Assembly (NCBI GenBank): GCA_963711135.1
Contig: CAVQCZ010000005.1
Span: 163,149-227,148 of the forward strand
Length of the DNA: 64,000 nt
Reading direction: 5' to 3'
Source: an uncultured Actinomycetota bacterium
GTDB lineage: Bacteria > Actinomycetota > Actinomycetes > Frankiales > Frankiaceae
In this document: piece by piece, positions 63,248 to 64,000 of the stretch
How the letters are laid out: every line of letters begins with the position of its first letter
Position numbering within the stretch: position 1 is the first letter of the stretch
The notes under the pieces: generated by a model
Seen by the model: the letters and a program-made list of their open reading frames with translations, nothing else
What the model was told of the DNA's origin: nothing
Databases searched by the model: none
Position numbers and translations under genes: made by a program

Positions 63248-64000
63248 ATGGCACCGACATCGGGGAGCCTCTTCACGGGGCCCGTTGCAGATCCTCGTCG
63301 GTACGAGGTGACCGCCGTCGACGTCGAACAGCCGCTGGTTGGGGGAGAAGGACTCACATTCCGCGCCGTCGAAGTCGAAACTGGCCGGGTGGTCGCGCTC
63401 AAGTTGCTGACCCAGCTGAGCTCCCCCGAGGTCGCCGAGCTCGAGCATCGGGCATCCGCATTCGTCGGCCTATCCCATCCGCATCTCATGCGGCATCTGG
63501 AAGTCTTCCTCGGCCCTGCGCTCATGGCGGAAGTGCCGGCATCCCCTGAGGACTTCGACGTCGCCTACTCGGTCGCAGAATGGATCGATGGCGTTCCGCT
63601 GACGGACGCCGTGGCGGTCGAGTCCAAGGCGACGGCCCTGCGCTACCTTCCCCAGATCGGGCAGGCGCTGGCCTTCCTGCACGGGCATCGCGAAGACTCC
63701 ACCCCCGCCGGCATCGTGCATCGCGACGTCAAACCCTCGAACGTCCGGATCGCAGCGGAACGAGATGCTGTCCTGCTCGACTTCGGAATCGCCCGCCCCC
63801 TGCAAGCCGATGACATGACTCAGGGAGTCGGCACCTATCAATGGAGGGCCCCGGAGGTACTCGGTCCCAGCGGCAAGCAGACATCCGCCGTCGACGCATG
63901 GGGGCTCGGCGCGCTCGGACATTGGATTTTGACCGGTGATCCGCCGGATCTCGACGGGGCTGGACCTTCACGCGAACGAATGCGGGCTGCTGCTGCCGCC
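63248..64000 (+). CDS. Ser/Thr protein kinase, 5' part; the gene runs off the right window edge
   Basis: It is absent from the ORF track because there is no stop codon in the window. My translation from the ATG at 63248 reads MAPTSGSLFTGPVADPRRYEVTAVDVEQPLVGGEGLTFRAVEVETGRVVALKLL...GIVHRDVKPSNVRI...LLDFGIARP...GTYQWRAPE. Confidence 0.75.
   Translation, partial: MAPTSGSLFTGPVADPRRYEVTAVDVEQPLVGGEGLTFRAVEVETGRVVALKLLTQLSSPEVAELEHRASAFVGLSHPHLMRHLEVFLGPALMAEVPASPEDFDVAYSVAEWIDGVPLTDAVAVESKATALRYLPQIGQALAFLHGHREDSTPAGIVHRDVKPSNVRIAAERDAVLLDFGIARPLQADDMTQGVGTYQWRAPEVLGPSGKQTSAVDAWGLGALGHWILTGDPPDLDGAGPSRERMRAAAAA

Noticed and set aside
1-64000. Search for tRNA, rRNA, integrase, transposase or terminal inverted repeats that would define a mobile element
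   Set aside because: I recognised no cloverleaf-like or rRNA-like sequence and no recombinase motifs in any ORF. The repeated modules lack a recognisable mobility gene.

Overview
This is a high-GC, Actinomycetota-like chromosomal window with about 45 protein-coding genes. I recognised no rRNA, tRNA, CRISPR array, integrase or transposase.

**Left part (1-16 kb).** A small Bell-like protein sits next to a NACHT-type NLR; together they are a candidate amyloid-signalling cell-death pair. After them comes a run of secreted proteins and lipoproteins: an NHL/Ig protein, a CHAP amidase built from near-perfect tandem repeats, a GH43-like protein, a CAP-like protein and a lectin-like protein.

**Middle (16-36 kb).**
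- A PIN toxin-antitoxin (TA) pair.
- An orphan solute-binding lipoprotein.
- A frameshifted TetR gene divergent from a TauD-like dioxygenase.
- A zinc-ribbon plus acidic mini-gene module present in three copies (one intact, two decayed). Its 150-bp direct repeats bracket an SGNH-RCC1 gene.
- A visibly lower-GC islet carrying a Panacea (DUF4065) TA candidate.
- A second CHAP paralog.
- Two receptor Ser/Thr kinases.

**Right 28 kb.** This is the most interesting part. A non-canonical type VII secretion (T7SS)-like locus holds eleven co-directional, partly overlapping minus-strand genes (60030 down to 38137). In order they are:
- a zinc-ribbon membrane protein;
- a PP2C phosphatase;
- an FHA protein;
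- a Ser/Thr kinase;
- an FHA-like/HTH protein;
- a 2090-aa cadherin/FN3 surface protein;
- moxR, which is heavily frameshifted;
- a DUF58 protein;
- a transglutaminase-like membrane protein;
- a Ubl-FHA-EssC/EccC three-P-loop ATPase;
- a WXG100 protein.

Two WXG-domain polymorphic effector genes flank this operon: one carries a CHAP domain with a lipoprotein immunity candidate, the other an unknown C-terminal domain followed by an EspG-like or immunity gene. A 14-bp palindrome, GGGGAG-TT-CTCCCC, precedes three transcription units of the locus.

**Limits.** All calls come from reading the sequence and ORF track and from remembered family motifs. No searches were run, and start codons are approximate.
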